Origin: Nostoc sp. DedSLP01
GTDB taxonomy: Bacteria > Cyanobacteriota > Cyanobacteriia > Cyanobacteriales > Nostocaceae
Length of the DNA stretch: 64,000 bases
Direction of reading: 5' to 3'
Assembly (NCBI GenBank): GCA_034530875.2
Contig: JAVRCJ020000001.1
Span: 192,001 to 256,000 of the forward strand
Each line of letters begins with the position of its first letter. Within the stretch, counting starts at the first letter, position 1. The notes under the pieces are model-generated. The model did not search any database and was not told where the DNA came from. It saw only the letters and a program-made list of their open reading frames with translations. Shown here piece by piece: positions 62,953-64,000 of this stretch. A program made the position numbers and the translations under genes.

Positions 62953-63798
62953 ATGCGGGCTTTTAATATGCACCTCACAGAAGAACAGTTATTAATTTAC
63001 AAAAATCAAGGATTTCTCGTATTACCAGAATATTTTTCTCGCGGTGAAATTGAAGCGATGAAAGCAGAATTATCTAGTTTATCAGCAGATAACTCACCCA
63101 AAAAAGTTCTGGAAAAAGATGGTAAAACTGTACGTTCACTGCATGGTTCGCATACAACAAATGATGTTTTTAATCGCCTAACACGACATCCGTTTATTGT
63201 TGAACCTGCAATGCAAATAGTTGGGAGTCAAGTTTATATATATCAATTTAAAATTAATCTTAAAGCTGCATTTAGTGGCGATATTTGGAAGTGGCATCAA
63301 GACTACATCTATTGGCGTAAAGAAGATGGAATGCCAAGACCGCAAGTAGTCAATGCCATGTGTTTATTAGATGATATGAACGAATTTAATGGGCCGCTAT
63401 TTTTGATTCCTGGTTCTCATAAAGAAGAGATGATTGATGTTACGGCTCATAGTTCTAATGAAAGTCAGGGATGGATATCGAGTTTTAGTGCTAATTTGAA
63501 GTATTCTCTCAACCAGAAATTAATTACTGATTTAGTATCAAAATATGGAATTACTTTTATCAAAGCTGCGGCAGGTTCATTAGTGTTTTTTGATAGTAAT
63601 ATTGTCCACGCTTCTAGCAATAATATATCACCTTTTGGACGTTCAACAGTAATTATTACTTATAATAGTATTGAAAATATTCCTTCTCCAACTATAAACC
63701 CACGACCACATTTTCTTGTTAGTCAAGATTATCGACCTGTTATTCCTTTAGCATCTGATATGTTATCTCAGCTTTCTAGCCAGGGCAACTGTATATAA
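62953..63798 (+). CDS. PhyH-family Fe(II)/2OG dioxygenase, L-proline 4-hydroxylase-like
   Basis: YQFKINLKAAFSGDIWKWHQDYIYWRKEDGM with HxD, plus H..S..N...R, resembling actinomycete proline trans-4-hydroxylase. Confidence 0.8.
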   Translation: MRAFNMHLTEEQLLIYKNQGFLVLPEYFSRGEIEAMKAELSSLSADNSPKKVLEKDGKTVRSLHGSHTTNDVFNRLTRHPFIVEPAMQIVGSQVYIYQFKINLKAAFSGDIWKWHQDYIYWRKEDGMPRPQVVNAMCLLDDMNEFNGPLFLIPGSHKEEMIDVTAHSSNESQGWISSFSANLKYSLNQKLITDLVSKYGITFIKAAAGSLVFFDSNIVHASSNNISPFGRSTVIITYNSIENIPSPTINPRPHFLVSQDYRPVIPLASDMLSQLSSQGNCI

Positions 63799-64000
63799 AT
63801 ATTGATGTGTATAACAAAGCAAGAGGCTTGATAAACTTCAGTTCTCCATCTCAAGTTCTCACAGTACGACTAAAGTTGTTTACTTGGTTAATAACGGCTA
63901 AATCAACATCCGTCATATTGTGCTGAATCCAGATTTTGCTATCTTTAATATCTATATGAATAAAACAGTTATAAATACGTGCCATCTTTTTCCAACCTAT

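Noticed and set aside
62953..63798. Ectoine hydroxylase ectD call
   Set aside because: Motif is WHQDYIYW rather than the EctD WHSDFETW, and no ectABC genes are present.
1..64000. CRISPR array, tRNA or rRNA genes
   Set aside because: No regularly spaced repeat-spacer series or recognisable structural RNA found by eye. The tandem repeats are coding repeats or STRRs. A covariance-model search was not possible.

Overview
Filamentous, probably heterocystous (Nostocales-like) cyanobacterial DNA, judged from abundant HIP1 (GCGATCGC), STRR, SDR and REP-like repeats. 1-5.5 kb is the distal end of an extracellular contractile injection system: tail fibre with S74 chaperone, baseplate protein, tape-measure protein. 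5.8-37.6 kb mixes core and accessory genes: sppA, two tandem RTX paralogues with hypervariable Tyr-rich loops, an orphan FecCD permease, a lamin-tail plus 3x61-aa repeat protein, the 2-oxoglutarate decarboxylase/SSADH TCA shunt pair, a GHL10-aspartic protease fusion, cyaD, rbgA, a DedA/GT2/GT-C glycosylation triad, and fdhF-like/fdhD split by two Uma2 genes. 37.7-43 kb is a decayed island margin: tyrosine integrase remnant, a kinase pseudogene hit by a MITE and an IS5, and further fragments. 43-64 kb is a co-oriented signalling-plus-biosynthesis cluster: MASE1 hybrid kinase, REC-kinase, Ser/Thr kinase-ATPase-GAF-His kinase, then 37 bp downstream a two-module NRPS, C-A[PilZ-like insert]-T-C-A[MT]-T-R, and a proline 4-hydroxylase-like gene. 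The PilZ-interrupted adenylation domain in a kinase-coupled NRPS is the best candidate for an undescribed system. All calls are from motif reading only; no database searches were run.
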